A stretch of DNA of 64,000 bases from the NCBI GenBank assembly GCA_951406725.2, contig OX597816.1, forward strand, positions 31,124,001-31,188,000. The letters are read 5' to 3'. The position numbers and the translations under genes were made by a program. The stretch's first letter is position 1; each line of letters starts with the position of its first letter. The DNA is from Octopus vulgaris (Eukaryota). Shown one piece after another: positions 26,391 through 40,012 of this stretch. The notes beneath the pieces are model-generated. The model ran no database searches and was not told where the DNA came from. It saw nothing but the letters and a program-made list of their open reading frames with translations.

Positions 26391-26551
26391 ATATTATTAT
26401 TATTATTATTACTATTACTATTATTATTATTATTATTATAACTATTACTATTACTATTATTAGTATCACTATTATCATTATTATTGCTATTATTATTATT
26501 TTTATTATTACTATTATTATTGTTATTATTATTATCATTATTATTATTATT

Positions 26552-27248
<697 letters not shown>

Positions 27249-27271
27249 GTTATTGTTATTATTATTATTAT

Positions 27272-27358
27272 TCTATGTTTGACTTTTGCTTTATATTTGT
27301 ACAAGTTAGCTCCAAGTCTCACCCAGAGACCTCAAGAGACAACAGGGTTGGATGTTCA
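27272..27358 (-). mobile_element. ~87 bp 3' stub of the R4/Dong-like family at 54110-56213
   Basis: Near-identical reverse complement of ~56126-56213, within (TTA)n. Confidence 0.92.
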
Positions 27359-27436
27359 TTATTATCATTATTATTATTATTATTATTATTACTATTATAA
27401 TTATTATTATTATTATCGTTGTTATTATTATTATTA

Positions 27437-27476
<40 letters not shown>

Positions 27477-27875
27477 TTCCGCTCAACCGGTCATTCATAA
27501 CAACATCAGTCTGTGTTCACATTGTCTTGACACAGGGCTCATCTAGACTCCAGCCTTCGTCGCGAATAGGAAATGCTCTCTCTTCGCTCCTTTTGCTCCA
27601 CATAGCATCAACTCCCCACTTCACCTGACTCCCCTCCTTTCCTCTCTTCACCTGATACCTACTTCATCCCTTCACTCCTACAAAACCTCTCCCTTCATTG
27701 AGAACCCCTCCATCCACGCAACGCTACACATCCCATACATATATATGTTTTTCTGTATGTATATTTATATACTCCCATACTTGTCATGTTTAACGAATAT
27801 TAAATTCCATGATTTTAATTCACCCGAAGAAACGATTTTCTTTACCTTATGAAGGAGCTGCAGTGAACCTATCTT

Positions 27876-27982
<107 letters not shown>

Positions 27983-28179
27983 CGTATATATATATATGCA
28001 TGCATGCATGTATATATATATATATGTATGTATGTATGTATGTATTTTGCATGTATTTGTATTACGTGCGTAGGTCTAAGTCTGCATATAAATATATGTA
28101 TAAATACACACACGTGCACACACATATATGTATATGTATATATATATATCTATCTATATATATATACATACATACGTAA

Positions 28180-29377
28180 TATTGGGCTGGCAAGAAAGCA
28201 ACAAATCTTCTTTTGGGAAATAGACATAGATACGATGTTTTTGATTGATTTTCTTCAATGTAATGATTTTATCCTTTTGACATTTGATAGCCGTTACATT
28301 TAGCGTACTTAAGAAGCACACGGAGTATAATTTTCTATACAGCTGTTAGTTCCGTGTCAGTCTTAACATGGTGTGCAAGCGTTTTCGCTATATTTTGTTT
28401 CTTTATTTCCGTAAAGGCAAGGCATTTGCTGAGATATGTCAAGTTTATGGTCTTGATTGCTTAAGGGAACGCACATGACAGAAATAGTTTTGAAAAATTA
28501 TCTGCAGGAAATTTATAACTCAACGTTGAACAACCTTCTGGTCGAACTACTGAAGATGATGATAACCAAATCAGAGCCATAAATGAATATAACTATGCGA
28601 TAAATTGCAGAGAGTGTCAATGTATAACAAACAACAATTGAAAATCACTTAAAATATCTTAAGAACATCGATATTCACACAAACTGAAAGAGATTCACGT
28701 AATTCAACGAAAGAACATTTGTGATATGCATCTCAAACGCAATGAAATCGATTTATTTTTAACCGACTCATCACTGGTGATGAAAAATGGATTGTCTGCT
28801 ATAACATGAATCGTAAACGACTATGGTCCAAGCGTAATGAGCCAGTACAAAACATATCAAAATTTAAATTGCATAAAAAAAAATGGTCATGCTTTCAATT
28901 TGGTAGTATTACAAAGGTGTTGTCTACTCTTAGCTGCTTGCAAAAAGCCGAACAAACAATTCGGATGTTTACTTTCTACAACTACCAAAACAGGAAGAAG
29001 CGATAAACGAAAACCGGCCAGTATTAGCAAATCGTAAAGGACTCGATTTACACCATAACAACGCTAGATCACACATGAATTTGCTAACTCGTGAAAAATT
29101 ATTGGTTCTTGCTTGTGAAGTGTTGTCACATCGACCATATATCCCTGTACGTGCAACATCAGGTTTTCAAAATTCCGTGAATGGTAAAACGTTCAATAAT
29201 ACTGATTGCTTGAAATCGCACTTGCTTCAGTTTTTGTCTGAGAAAAGCAAGAAGATTTATGCGCGCGGAATGATGAAGTTGCCAGAGAGATGGTAAAAGG
29301 TCATCGAATAAAACAGAAATTATATAATCGATTAAAGTTCATTCTTTCTATGAAAAAAAGTATTTTATTCCCGCCTC

Positions 29378-29380
<3 letters not shown>
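28180..29380 (+). mobile_element. Decayed mariner (DD34D-type) transposon
   Basis: LITGDEKWIVCYN at ~28768, LSHRPYIPVRATS (HPPYSPDLAPS-like) and MKLPERW*KVI. Terminal attgggctggcaa lies next to TA. Confidence 0.88.
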
Positions 29381-29423
<43 letters not shown>

Positions 29424-29529
29424 GTGTTCAAGATATTTCGAAATGGCAAAACTTTCAGCAAGAATGGTGACCTGAAATCTCACGAAATTTAGTTAATGTC
29501 TGGATAGAACTAGACATTTCATGAACTCA

Positions 29530-29672
29530 GAGTCATGAAGTTGCCAGGAAGATGGTAAAAGGTTATTGAACAAAATGTAAATTAAATAATTGATTCAAGT
29601 TCATTCCTTGTATGAAAAAAATTACTATTATTTCACACTAAAACACCGAACTTACGTTCTCGCCATCCCAAT
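29530..29672 (+). mobile_element. Second mariner 3'-end fragment
   Basis: atgaagttgccaggaagatggtaaaaggttattgaacaaaa..ttcattccttgtatgaaaaaa..cccaata parallels 29274-29380. Confidence 0.75.
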
Positions 29673-29696
29673 ATACATACTTTCATATATACATAC

Positions 29697-29760
<64 letters not shown>

Positions 29761-29940
29761 ACACATACATACACACACACACATATATATATACTATTGT
29801 GTATATATATATATGTATGTATATATATATGTATATACATATATGTGTATGTATGTACATATATATGTATGTGTGTATGTACATATATTTGTGTGTGTAT
29901 GCACATGTATTTGTTTGCCTATTTCTCTCTCTCTCTCTCT

Positions 29941-30026
<86 letters not shown>

Positions 30027-30745
30027 AACCTTCGAACGTATAAACATACATTTACACACATTCAAATACGTCCCACGAATATCATCTTTAATAAAATGAC
30101 AGCGAAGATGTTTGTATAAACTGAAGGGTTGTCTTCATACATGAATCAGAGTTTCCATTTCAGTACCTTTGTGACAGCTTTCCAAACGGTTCAATTTCAC
30201 GAATAGCAGCAGTGCCTCTCTTGCATCTCTCTTGATTTCACCTGTCAGACAAACTTGCTTAATAACTAAACATTGATATATACACAAACCATATTCACCA
30301 AATGTATGTATTGATTTTTTTATTCATTACTTGTTCCATTGCAACCTATCCACAACATCTGTACAACAAAGGTGTAATGCAATGTGTGTAAGCGTGTAAG
30401 TGTGTGTGTGTTTTTATATATTTATATAGATATATATGTAAGTATGTATGCATATACACGCACACTGACAAACATATTCATGAAATGTTACATATGTACG
30501 CATGTATGTGTTCTATAGTTATCACATTTGCTCTCCTGCGTAAACGCCTAATTGTGCGCAGAAGTTGGATAACAATACATGTTTTGCGTTAAGGGACATA
30601 TTGCACGGTTCGCTGTCATTTCCACTTCTTCTTTCGTATACATACACTTCATTTCAGATAAAAAAAATAGTTCAGTAAAATAAATGAGAATCTCATATAT
30701 CCTCGGCAAGACAGTAAAAAGGAATTACAATAATGATTATTAGAT

Positions 30746-31530
30746 AAGGCGGCAAGCTGGCAGAAACGTTAGCACGCCGGGCGAAATGCTTAGCAGTATT
30801 TTGTCTGCCGCTACGTTCTGAGTTCAAATTCCGCCAAGGTCGACTTTGCCTTTCATCATTTAGGGGTCGATAAATTAAGTACCACTTATACACTGGGGTC
30901 GATATAATCGACTTAATCCGTTTGTCTGTCCTTGTTTGTCCCCTCTATGTTCAGCATTTTGTGGGTAGTAAAGAAATAGGTATTTCGTATGCCACTACGT
31001 TCTGAGGTCAAATGTCGCCGAGGTCGACTTTGCCTTTCATCCTTTCGGGGTCGATTAAATAAGTACCAGTTTTGCAGTGGGATCGATATAATCGAATTAA
31101 TCTGTGTGTCTGTCCTTGTTTGTCCTCTCTATTTTTAGCCCTTTGTAGGTAGTAAAGAAATAGGTATTTCGTCTGCTATTATATTCTGAGTTCAAATTCC
31201 ACCTAGGTCGACTTTGTCTTTCATCCTTCGCGGTCGATTAAATAATTACCAGTTACGCACTAGGGTCGATATATTCGACTTAATCCGTTTGTCTTTCTTT
31301 GTTTGTCCCCTCTGTTTGTAGTCCCTTGTAGGCAGTAAAAAATAAGAAGCGTCAGCACGCCGGGCGAAATGCTTAGCGATATTTCGTCTGTCTTTACGTT
31401 TTGAGTTCAAATTCCGCCAAGGTCAACTTTGCCTTTCAACCTTTCGGGGTCGATAAATTAAATACTAGTTATTTATTGAGGTTGATCTAATCGACTGGCC
31501 CCTTCCCCACCAAAACATTTCGGGCTTAGT
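30746..31530 (+). mobile_element. Head-to-tail array of four tRNA-derived SINE units (~184 bp period)
   Basis: Units start at ~30746, 30979, 31163 and 31346. Each has gagttcaaattccgcc (B-box-like) plus gtcgactttgcctttcatcctttcggggtcgat (Deu/Nin-like domain). Confidence 0.92.
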
Positions 31531-31919
31531 AGATTCTTTACCGAAAGGAAGAAATGCTTACAAACCAAACAATATTGCGAACATTACGTTCTCTGTTCAA
31601 ATCCCTTCGAAGCCATTTTCTCTTCTTAATCTCTTGGTGTTACTGGAGGTAAATTCTCAGCCAGGTTCTGATTTCGATGTAATCGAGTGACCCACATCAC
31701 GCAAAATTTTGGCCTTGTCCTAAAAATCTGAGCCACTGATGTGTTGAGCTGACAGAATCGATAGCACATCACAGATTAGAGTTCAGCTGATTTCAATGCA
31801 AAATCAGGCGAAGTCACTTTTACATGTTACGTTCTGTTCTCGGTGAAATAAAGACCAGCTAAGATCTGGCGTCGATATAATCGATGTCATATGACTATAA
31901 TAGGAAGGAATATTAGACT

Positions 31920-31950
<31 letters not shown>

Positions 31951-31971
31951 CATCCTCATCATCATCACTAT

Positions 31972-32002
<31 letters not shown>

Positions 32003-32039
32003 AGCAGCAACAGTAGCAGCAGCAACGGTATTATTATCA

Positions 32040-32230
32040 GGAAGACGGCTGAGATGATTTAGCGCCGTTTCGTACGTGATTACGTTCTGAGTTCAAATTT
32101 CGCCGACGTCGATTTGGCATTTCATCTTTTCAGAGTCGATAATTTAAATACGACTTGCATACTGGTGTCAATGTAGTCGAATCAACACCTCCCACAAAAT
32201 TTCAGGCCTTGTGCCTTCAGTAGAAGGAAT
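32040..32230 (+). mobile_element. Diverged SINE of the same family
   Basis: acgttctgagttcaaatttcgccgacgtcgatttggcatttcatcttttcagagtcgata..aaaatttcaggccttgtgcct. Confidence 0.75.
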
Positions 32231-32280
32231 TATTACTATTATTCTTATTATTACTTTTGCTGTTGTTGTTTCGTTCTTGA

Positions 32281-32310
<30 letters not shown>

Positions 32311-32311
<1 letters not shown>

Positions 32312-32808
32312 GAGTGAGCGAGCAGAGCATGCCATCAAAGTGACACTGGGGTAAAATATACGAAGCCCAGTATACCCATCATGACTACCCGTCTGATAAG
32401 GGTACACCAGGCACATGCATCACAACCATATGTGCGTGACATGGTGATCTCATATCAAGATAAACAGCACATGACCTTGCAGGTGGAGCCCAGTTAGAAT
32501 TTTCTTCAGATCGAGTAACCCATCCCGCTCAAAAGGTCCCTGAATAAGGGTTGTTTAAGGACGTTGAACGAAACACCTATGTTTCCAGAGGTGAATTATG
32601 CAAACCCCAAAGAATCCTTCTCAACACATGGCTATGATGCTCCCCCACTACTTCTGCTCGTGATCAGAGATGCACATATCGTCAGCCACTAAGGGACATG
32701 CTCAACTAGTTAAGTTCAAACAACTGACAAGCAAGTCTGTAGTATTGAGCAGAATATTTGCTGTAGCCTATCTTTTATACCAAGACAAAACAATGTACTT
32801 GATACTTC

Positions 32809-32810
<2 letters not shown>
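32311..32810 (-). mobile_element. Second copy of the (TAA)n-embedded non-coding retroposon, 5'-truncated
   Basis: Matches 26552-~27050 and lacks the last ~55 bp on the right. Confidence 0.8.
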
Positions 32811-32883
<73 letters not shown>

Positions 32884-33041
32884 CATTGTCATTTACTTTT
32901 AATCTGCATGTTTGATGCAATCACCCGCCGGGGCACACCCAGCGCCCTAGGGCAAGTGAAGGTTAAGAGTTGTTGAAATATAGCTGAAAGCTTGGGGAGG
33001 GGAAGTAGAGATATATCTCCATGTAATGCAAACACAGACAT

Positions 33042-36000
33042 TTACATTGATAGGGTTTTTCTAAGGATGTGGGCATTACTTGTTAGCACAATCTTTTGGA
33101 TTTCCTTGAGACATGGTTTTCCAGGGATATTGTCTAGGTGTTTCTGACATCCCTTTTTTATCATACCTAGGGCACCTACAATAACAGGAACAGTTTTTGT
33201 TTTAAGATTCCACATCCTCTGTATTTCGATTTCCAGGTCCTTATATTTACTAAGTTTGTCAAATTCCTTGACAGATACATTTTTATCAGTGGGGACGCTT
33301 ACTTCTATTAGTCTGCAGGTATTTTCTTCCCTGTCTTTAACAATTATGTCTGGTCGATTAGCCTTGATCATTCTGTCCGTGTTGACTGGAAAATCCCAGA
33401 GGATGGTGACATCTTTACCTTCAACAACTGACTGAGGATGGTGTTCATACCAGTTAGCAGGAGTGTCGGATTTGTAGTGTTTACATGTCTTCCAATGTAT
33501 ATACTGTCCTACCCTATCGTGGCGATTTTTGTATTCGTTTGGTGTCAGCACAGGACATCCCGAAACGAGATGGTCTATCGTTTCGTCAAATGTGTCGCAG
33601 AATCTGCATTTAGGGTCAGTACCGTTTCGGAGAACGTTAGCCTGGTAATTTCTGGTAAACAAGCTTTGATCTTGTGCTGCCATTATGAAACCTTCAGTCT
33701 CTGCTTTCAATCCAGAGCTCTTCAGCCACTGATGGGTTGTTGCTTGGTCTACATCAGCATTTTGGCTTCGGAGAATATATTGTCCATGCAGGGGCTTCTG
33801 GCTCCACCGCCTCTCAATTTGATTCTGCCCGTTCTTTTTTGCAGTCTGCTTGATTCGCTTTGCTTGCTTGGTAGCAGTGGTTTCCAGCTCTTCATCTGAT
33901 TCAAGGTTAATGTCTAGTTCCCTTTCGAACTTATAAGCTTCCTTGACAATAGAATGCAGCTCTTTGTTGCTTTCGTGTTCGCGCACAAGTCGCAGCATCC
34001 AGTCCTTTGTACTAGATAGGTACCTGTTCATTCCTACAGTAGAGGTCTTATAGCACAGCTCTAATTGCATCATTCCTCTCCCCCCGCTGCTTCTAGGTAG
34101 GTACAAGCGGTCTACATCTGCCTTAGGGTGGTGCATGCTCCTGGATGTCAGTAATTTTCTTGTCTTCCTGTCTAAGCGTTGGAGTTCCGTAAGGTTCCAG
34201 TTAATGATATTAAAACTGTACTGGACTACTGGAAGTGCCAGGGTGTTAATGGCCTCAATGCAATTTTTGGAGTTGAGTTCAGTCTTCAGTACAAGCCTTA
34301 TTCTCCTATAGTATTCCTTTCTTATTTTTTCCTTCATAGTAGCATGATGTATACCATCTCCTTCGTTGATTCCTAGGTATTTGTAACTTTCCTGTGGGTC
34401 AAGTTCCTTGATGGTAGTGTCAATATCTAATTTAACAGAAGCTGTTTGCCTGAGCTTGCCTCTTACAAAAGTTGCTTTAGCACACTTATCAAGGCCAAAA
34501 TCCATTCCGATATCATTGCTAAACTCTTTAACAGTTGTTAGCAGCCCTTCTAGCTCTTGGTCATTCCTGGCAAACAGCTTTAGGTCGTCCATATAGAAAA
34601 GATGGTTTATTAATTTACTAAAAACTTTGTACCCATATCTAGTACTATCCAATTCGTTTGAGAGTGGGATCAGTGCCATGCAAAAAAGTAATGGAGAGAG
34701 GGAGTCACCTTGAAAGATGCCTCGTTTGATGTTGATGCTGTTGGACTGGCTCATCCCATTACTATGGCTTAGAAAGAGACGTGTGTTCCACATGGTCATG
34801 CTATTCTCTAAGAATTTTGAGACGACAGGAGAGATCTTGTATATCTCAAGGGCCTTGAGTATCCATTTATGTGGGACACTGTCATACGCTTTTCTGTAGT
34901 CTATCCATGCCATACTCAGGTTTTTGTTTTTGCTCCGGCAATTCTCTACAATCATTCTGTTTATGAGCAATTGGTCTTTTCACCCATAAGAGTTTCTTTT
35001 ACAACCTTTTTGAGCTTGTGGAAGGATAGAATTTTGTTCAAGGAAAGCGTACATTCTCTCCGTTATTATGGATGTGAGGATTTTGTAGGTGGTGTTGAGA
35101 CATGTTATTGGCCGGTAATTCTTTGGGTTTTTTTGTGTCTTCGGTTTTAGGTAATAGGTAGGTGGTTCCTTCAGTCAGCCAAGCAGGTATTTGCTCTGGG
35201 TTCTGAATGACATCAGACAGAGATGCAGTGAGATGTTCGTGTACCTCTGTCAAACAATTCAGCCAGAAGTTAGGGATCCGATCCAGTCCTGGGGTTTTCC
35301 ATTTATGAGCCTTCCTAAGGACACACCTTAGCTCCTCTATTCCTATTGCTTCCCATTTCTGTTCTTCAAGTTCATCCAGTCTCTCTTTCTCACGTTCTAT
35401 CCAGTCAGCCTCAGCATTAAACTCTTTTTCGTTGCTCCATACCTTCTTCCAGAACTCCTCCACTTCCTCAATCTTAGGTGGATCTTCTATGTGTATTTTA
35501 TTTTTGCCAATTTCCCTATAAAATTTCTTTGCATCTGTCTTAAAAAATTTATTTTGTCGATAAAATTTGTTTCTTTTGTCATACCTTCTAAGCCGTTGAG
35601 CTTTCAACTGTATCCGTTGTTTCAACAGTTCCTTAGTTGCAGGGAGGTTTATGAGATCTTTGATTTTATATTTTTGCTTGATTTTTCTAGCTTTTCTCGG
35701 CTTAATATTCACTCCTCTAGCAAGCTCATCGAGAACTGAAACATCCGCCCGCAGAGATTCAATCTCTTTTTGTATCGCTACTTTCCACTTAGGAGGTTCA
35801 TTGACATGCCTGGCCTTTTTCTTTGTCATCTTAATACCTAGTTGGGTAGTTACTACTTTAGCAGTGGAATAAATGAGATTATTTAAGGTTGTCAAATCAT
35901 TCCCCTTATTTCTTAAGATCTGTCCTAGGGCAACGTTATATGTCATGATTGTGTTGTTATTTCTTGTGCCATTTGAAAACTTTGGTAGTGGTTCTCTATT

Positions 36001-36747
36001 AACCATGTCAGTGAGCTCAATCTTGCCGAGTTCTCTCATAATGTCCACTTTTGCTTCCATAATCTTTTCTCTATTATTCACCTCAAATTCTATGTCATAT
36101 CTATTTTGGTTTTCTTGAGGAAGGTCTACGTTCTCCTCTTTTTTCAAATCTCTCGTCTTCGCTATTCTTTGTTTAACTTCCCCATTGGGAAGTTGATTTG
36201 CCGCTTGTACACTGGCTTCTGTGCTACTGTTACCTATTTCGTCTACATTGTTGCTGTTTTCTTTTGGTCTACCATGAGCTATCAGTGTCCTAATTTTGTC
36301 AATTTCAGCGTCAGTTAGTCTTTTGTTTTTAATTATATCTCTGCGTACATTACTTAATTTATTTGCGTCTATATATCTACGTACGTCATTGCCTACTGAA
36401 TTTCTCCATGAGATGTATGTTTGTACACTGAGGTTATTATTTGGGTTTAGTTGGGCTGTATAAAAAGCTTTCAACACATCTCTATAGTCCTCTCTGGTCC
36501 ATTTTATACGTTTTGCTTTAGGTAGTGTTTTTGGTGGTGTCACTACAAGTCCAGAGTTAGAAGTATTCTGGTTCTGGTCACCTGGTAGATCGTCTTTTTG
36601 AGAGTTTGTTCCAGCAGCAAACTTTTCGACCCCAGTCTGGTTCCCTACTGGGTAACGCGGTCCTTGTTGTCCCGGGCGATGACCGATCCGGCATGATTTT
36701 TGGCTTGTTTTCATTAAATGATTGACGGCGACATCAGAGGGGTCCAT
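33042..36747 (-). pseudogene. RT/RLE polyprotein of R4/Dong element, disrupted by one +1 frameshift (A7 run, 35128-35134) and one in-frame TGA (34980-34982)
   Basis: KWTREDY (N-terminal Myb-like), WKTPGLDRIPNFWL, (shifted) NYRPITCLNTTYKILT, AWIDYRKAYDSVPH, GIFQGDSLSPLLF, YMDD, CRFC..ETIDHLVSGC, RHD, RPD..IEVSVP..KLSKY. Confidence 0.93.
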
Positions 36748-37089
36748 TTTTTCAGAGTCAACTTTTTGACAAGACGCCGCCTCTGTGACGGTGTCGTTAG
36801 AAGAAGGAGTGTTTGTACAGGGTCAATTTTTTGACAAGACACCGCTTCTGAATTCTCCGAATTAATATATTGTTCATATCGAACTCGCATAAGACTTACA
36901 GATCGAAATTCGCCTCTATTTATTTTGGTAGTCATGTTTCCGGGCATAACTGTTCAATGACTTTCTAAATTCAGTGACCAATTTGCTCTTTTTTGCGTTT
37001 GTTCGTGAAAAATCGCTTTGTTTTTGTTTTGTTTTCGTCCGCGTAACGTGGTTTTTCTTTCTGTGTGTACGTGTGAGCGCTATTTATGC

Positions 37090-37188
37090 TTTATAATTAA
37101 AATGTGTACATGTATGCACAAACAGTTGCATGTATACTTTACAATTAAAATGTCTACGTGTATGCATAAACAGTTGCATGTACACTTA
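37090..37188 (+). repeat. ~48 bp tandem duplication in the retroelement 5' UTR
   Basis: ttta(t/c)aattaaaatgt(g/c)tac(a/g)tgtatgca(c/t)aaacagttgcatgta(t/c)ac x2. Confidence 0.9.
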
Positions 37189-37460
37189 TTTAATTAATTA
37201 ATTAATTAATCAATTTATGTACTTACTGTCTTTCAAGAGCTCTGATGTTCGCTTCTATTTCTTATGCATGTCACATGGAAATATTATGCATAAAAGAAAG
37301 AAAACCATACTATATATGGCAATAATAGTTCGGACTTTTTAGTTACTTTGCCTTAAAAGAAAGTTTGGAAAAGATATTTTGTGGAACATTTCTTCCATTG
37401 CAACGATGTTGTTGGATTAAATTCGTTTTTTGGAGAGAGGCTCCCAGGGAACATCCATGT

Positions 37461-37534
37461 TGTTATTCAGCCCGGAGCTGAATTCTGTTATTCAGCCCGG
37501 AGCTGAATTCTGTTATTCAGCCCGGAGCTGAATT
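37461..37534. repeat. Three tandem 25 bp hairpin-forming repeats at the 5' junction of the R4/Dong element
   Basis: tgttattcagcccggagctgaattc x3 (last copy 1 nt short), with internal palindrome attcagc-ccgga-gctgaat. Confidence 0.95.
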
Positions 37535-37537
37535 ATA

Positions 37538-37617
<80 letters not shown>

Positions 37618-37637
37618 CATCATCATTATTATTATTA

Positions 37638-37690
<53 letters not shown>
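37535..37690. repeat. (TTA)n microsatellite
   Basis: TTA/TCA run. Confidence 0.97.
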
Positions 37691-37932
37691 TCTTCTGAAA
37701 GATAAATATATCAACTACTTTTGTGGTATTCGGCAACATCCCATTGCATATGAAGAGCTCCAAATCAATGATACATGTTTCACGAGATTCCTAAAATATT
37801 TATAAACACTTTCATTGATTTCCTTAGTTTATAATTATGTCCGAAAAAAAACACTCTCCTAAAGAAAAGCATAGATGAAAAGACGTTATCCGCAATGTAT
37901 AACAGAAAAAAACAAATCATATAAAAATGGTA

Positions 37933-38423
<491 letters not shown>

Positions 38424-38929
38424 ATGGTAGCTTATTTTACAACAATAGATATGCTGTATCAAATCTACATATCTTTACAGAAGACAGAAGTTAGAAAGAT
38501 ATAGTCAATAAATTGAAAAATCAAATTGAAATGCACTTAGTGTAATTAGCAATGCAACTATATTATGTCAACATGTAATCTCGCTATAAATATCAATTAA
38601 CTTTTATACTATACAATGATTAAATATAATGAAACCAATAAATAATCACCATTATAAGCCTACATGTGATTAACAACCTGTACTCATCCAAATATCTGCT
38701 TTATATGAGGGAATTCAAGGGTGTAGCATACGGAATGGAAAATCAAATCAGCGTTGTTGAAAACAACATATAATGATCATATAGTACAAATTAGTAACTA
38801 AAAGCTAATTAGGATACCTAGTAATAAGGCAATAATTAAGTAGAACAAAAGCAACAACTGGAGAGCAGAGTGCATAGCAAACAATAAAATTTGGAAAAAT
38901 ATCCTAACATTAAGAACAGACATTGAGAA

Positions 38930-39247
38930 AAAGGAGAGGTAAAAGAAGAATAGGAAGACGAGGAGAAGAGGAAAAGAAGGAGAAGTAGAAGGAGAAGAAG
39001 TATAGGAGAAGAAGAGGAAGGTTGAGGAGGGGAAGAAAAAGAAGAAGAAAAAGAAGGAGACGAGGAAGATGAAGAAAAAATAAATATAAGAAAAGGAAGA
39101 ATTATAGAAGAGGAAGACGTAGAAGTATAGGAGAAGTAGAGAAGAAGAAAGAGAAGAGAAAGAAGAAAGGAAAGGAGAAGAATAGGAGAAGAAGAAGAAG
39201 AAAAAAGAAGAAGAAGAAGAAGAAGAAGAAGAAGAAGAAGAAAAAGA
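38930..39247. repeat. Purine-rich (GAA)-type low-complexity tract
   Basis: Almost exclusively A/G, ending in pure (GAA)n. Confidence 0.95.
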
Positions 39248-39945
39248 ATCAGGATTATGCACTTAGTTTAAATGTGCTTGTGTACTTTTTACATTTATAT
39301 TACATTTAATTTACATTGTATGTACGTAAAACTATAAGATTAGTAATTTGAATTCATTTTTAATGTGAAATATGGCATACGCTTGAAGGTAATCTTGCTT
39401 TCATTTACAATGCAATTCAAAACACTGAATGCACAAGTCTAACATCGTGTGAGTAATGTTTAATATTGAAGTAAAAATCAACCGAAAACAAGTTTATCCA
39501 ACCTAATACCTCATCCTTTCCAAATAAGTCCCCTTACCTTATGGGCTCGATCTTCTAGAAGCTATTTTTCTAGGAACTATTTTTTGTTGAAATTACTACC
39601 TGCAGCTTATGGAAGGCGGTCCCAAACAAAAGTGACTCTCTACAATCGCCAGAAATCAATATTAAACTAGTAATAAACAAGGCGATATTTATGTATCAAT
39701 ACAGCGAGAATTATTATAACAACTATAACAAATATCCATAAAACCAGTATTTCTATTCCATTCTATGTTATTGTGTTTTCTAGATCTATAATCCAGGTTT
39801 CTTTTGTTTCATATATTTCGCTATATTACATCTGTTTTGGTAATAATATATCTTTATGTTAAATAAGAATCCGTATAATGAATCAAAATCAATAATTTGT
39901 TTTTTACTTTTACAACATGGATCGATGTAAAACGGAAAGCAGGCA

Positions 39946-40012
<67 letters not shown>

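Larger units (their letters stand above)
32885..37534 (-). mobile_element. Near-full-length R4/Dong-type non-LTR retrotransposon (RT + RLE) inserted in (TAA)n
   Basis: A single ORF broken into 35038-36747 and 33042-34970, flanked on both sides by TAA runs. The 3' UTR is ~155 bp and the 5' UTR ends in three 25 bp repeats. Confidence 0.95.

Noticed and set aside
34980-34982. Selenocysteine UGA in the Dong-like RT
   Set aside because: TGA replaces a Cys codon, but I know of no Sec precedent in this clade and saw no SECIS; treated as a nonsense mutation.
35038-35134. Programmed ribosomal frameshift between two ORFs
   Set aside because: The break falls inside the conserved P[K]NYRPITCL motif of a family that normally has one ORF; a 1 nt homopolymer insertion is simpler.
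37370-37460. HDV-like ribozyme in the 5' UTR of the R4/Dong element
   Set aside because: A candidate P1 (ggatgtt/aacatcg) exists on the minus strand, but I could not fit P1.1, P2, P3 and J4/2 in the right order; a descriptor search is needed.
37461-37534. Palindromic 25 bp repeats as a CRISPR array
   Set aside because: There are no spacers, no cas genes, and the context is eukaryotic; the repeats are contiguous and sit at a retroelement junction.
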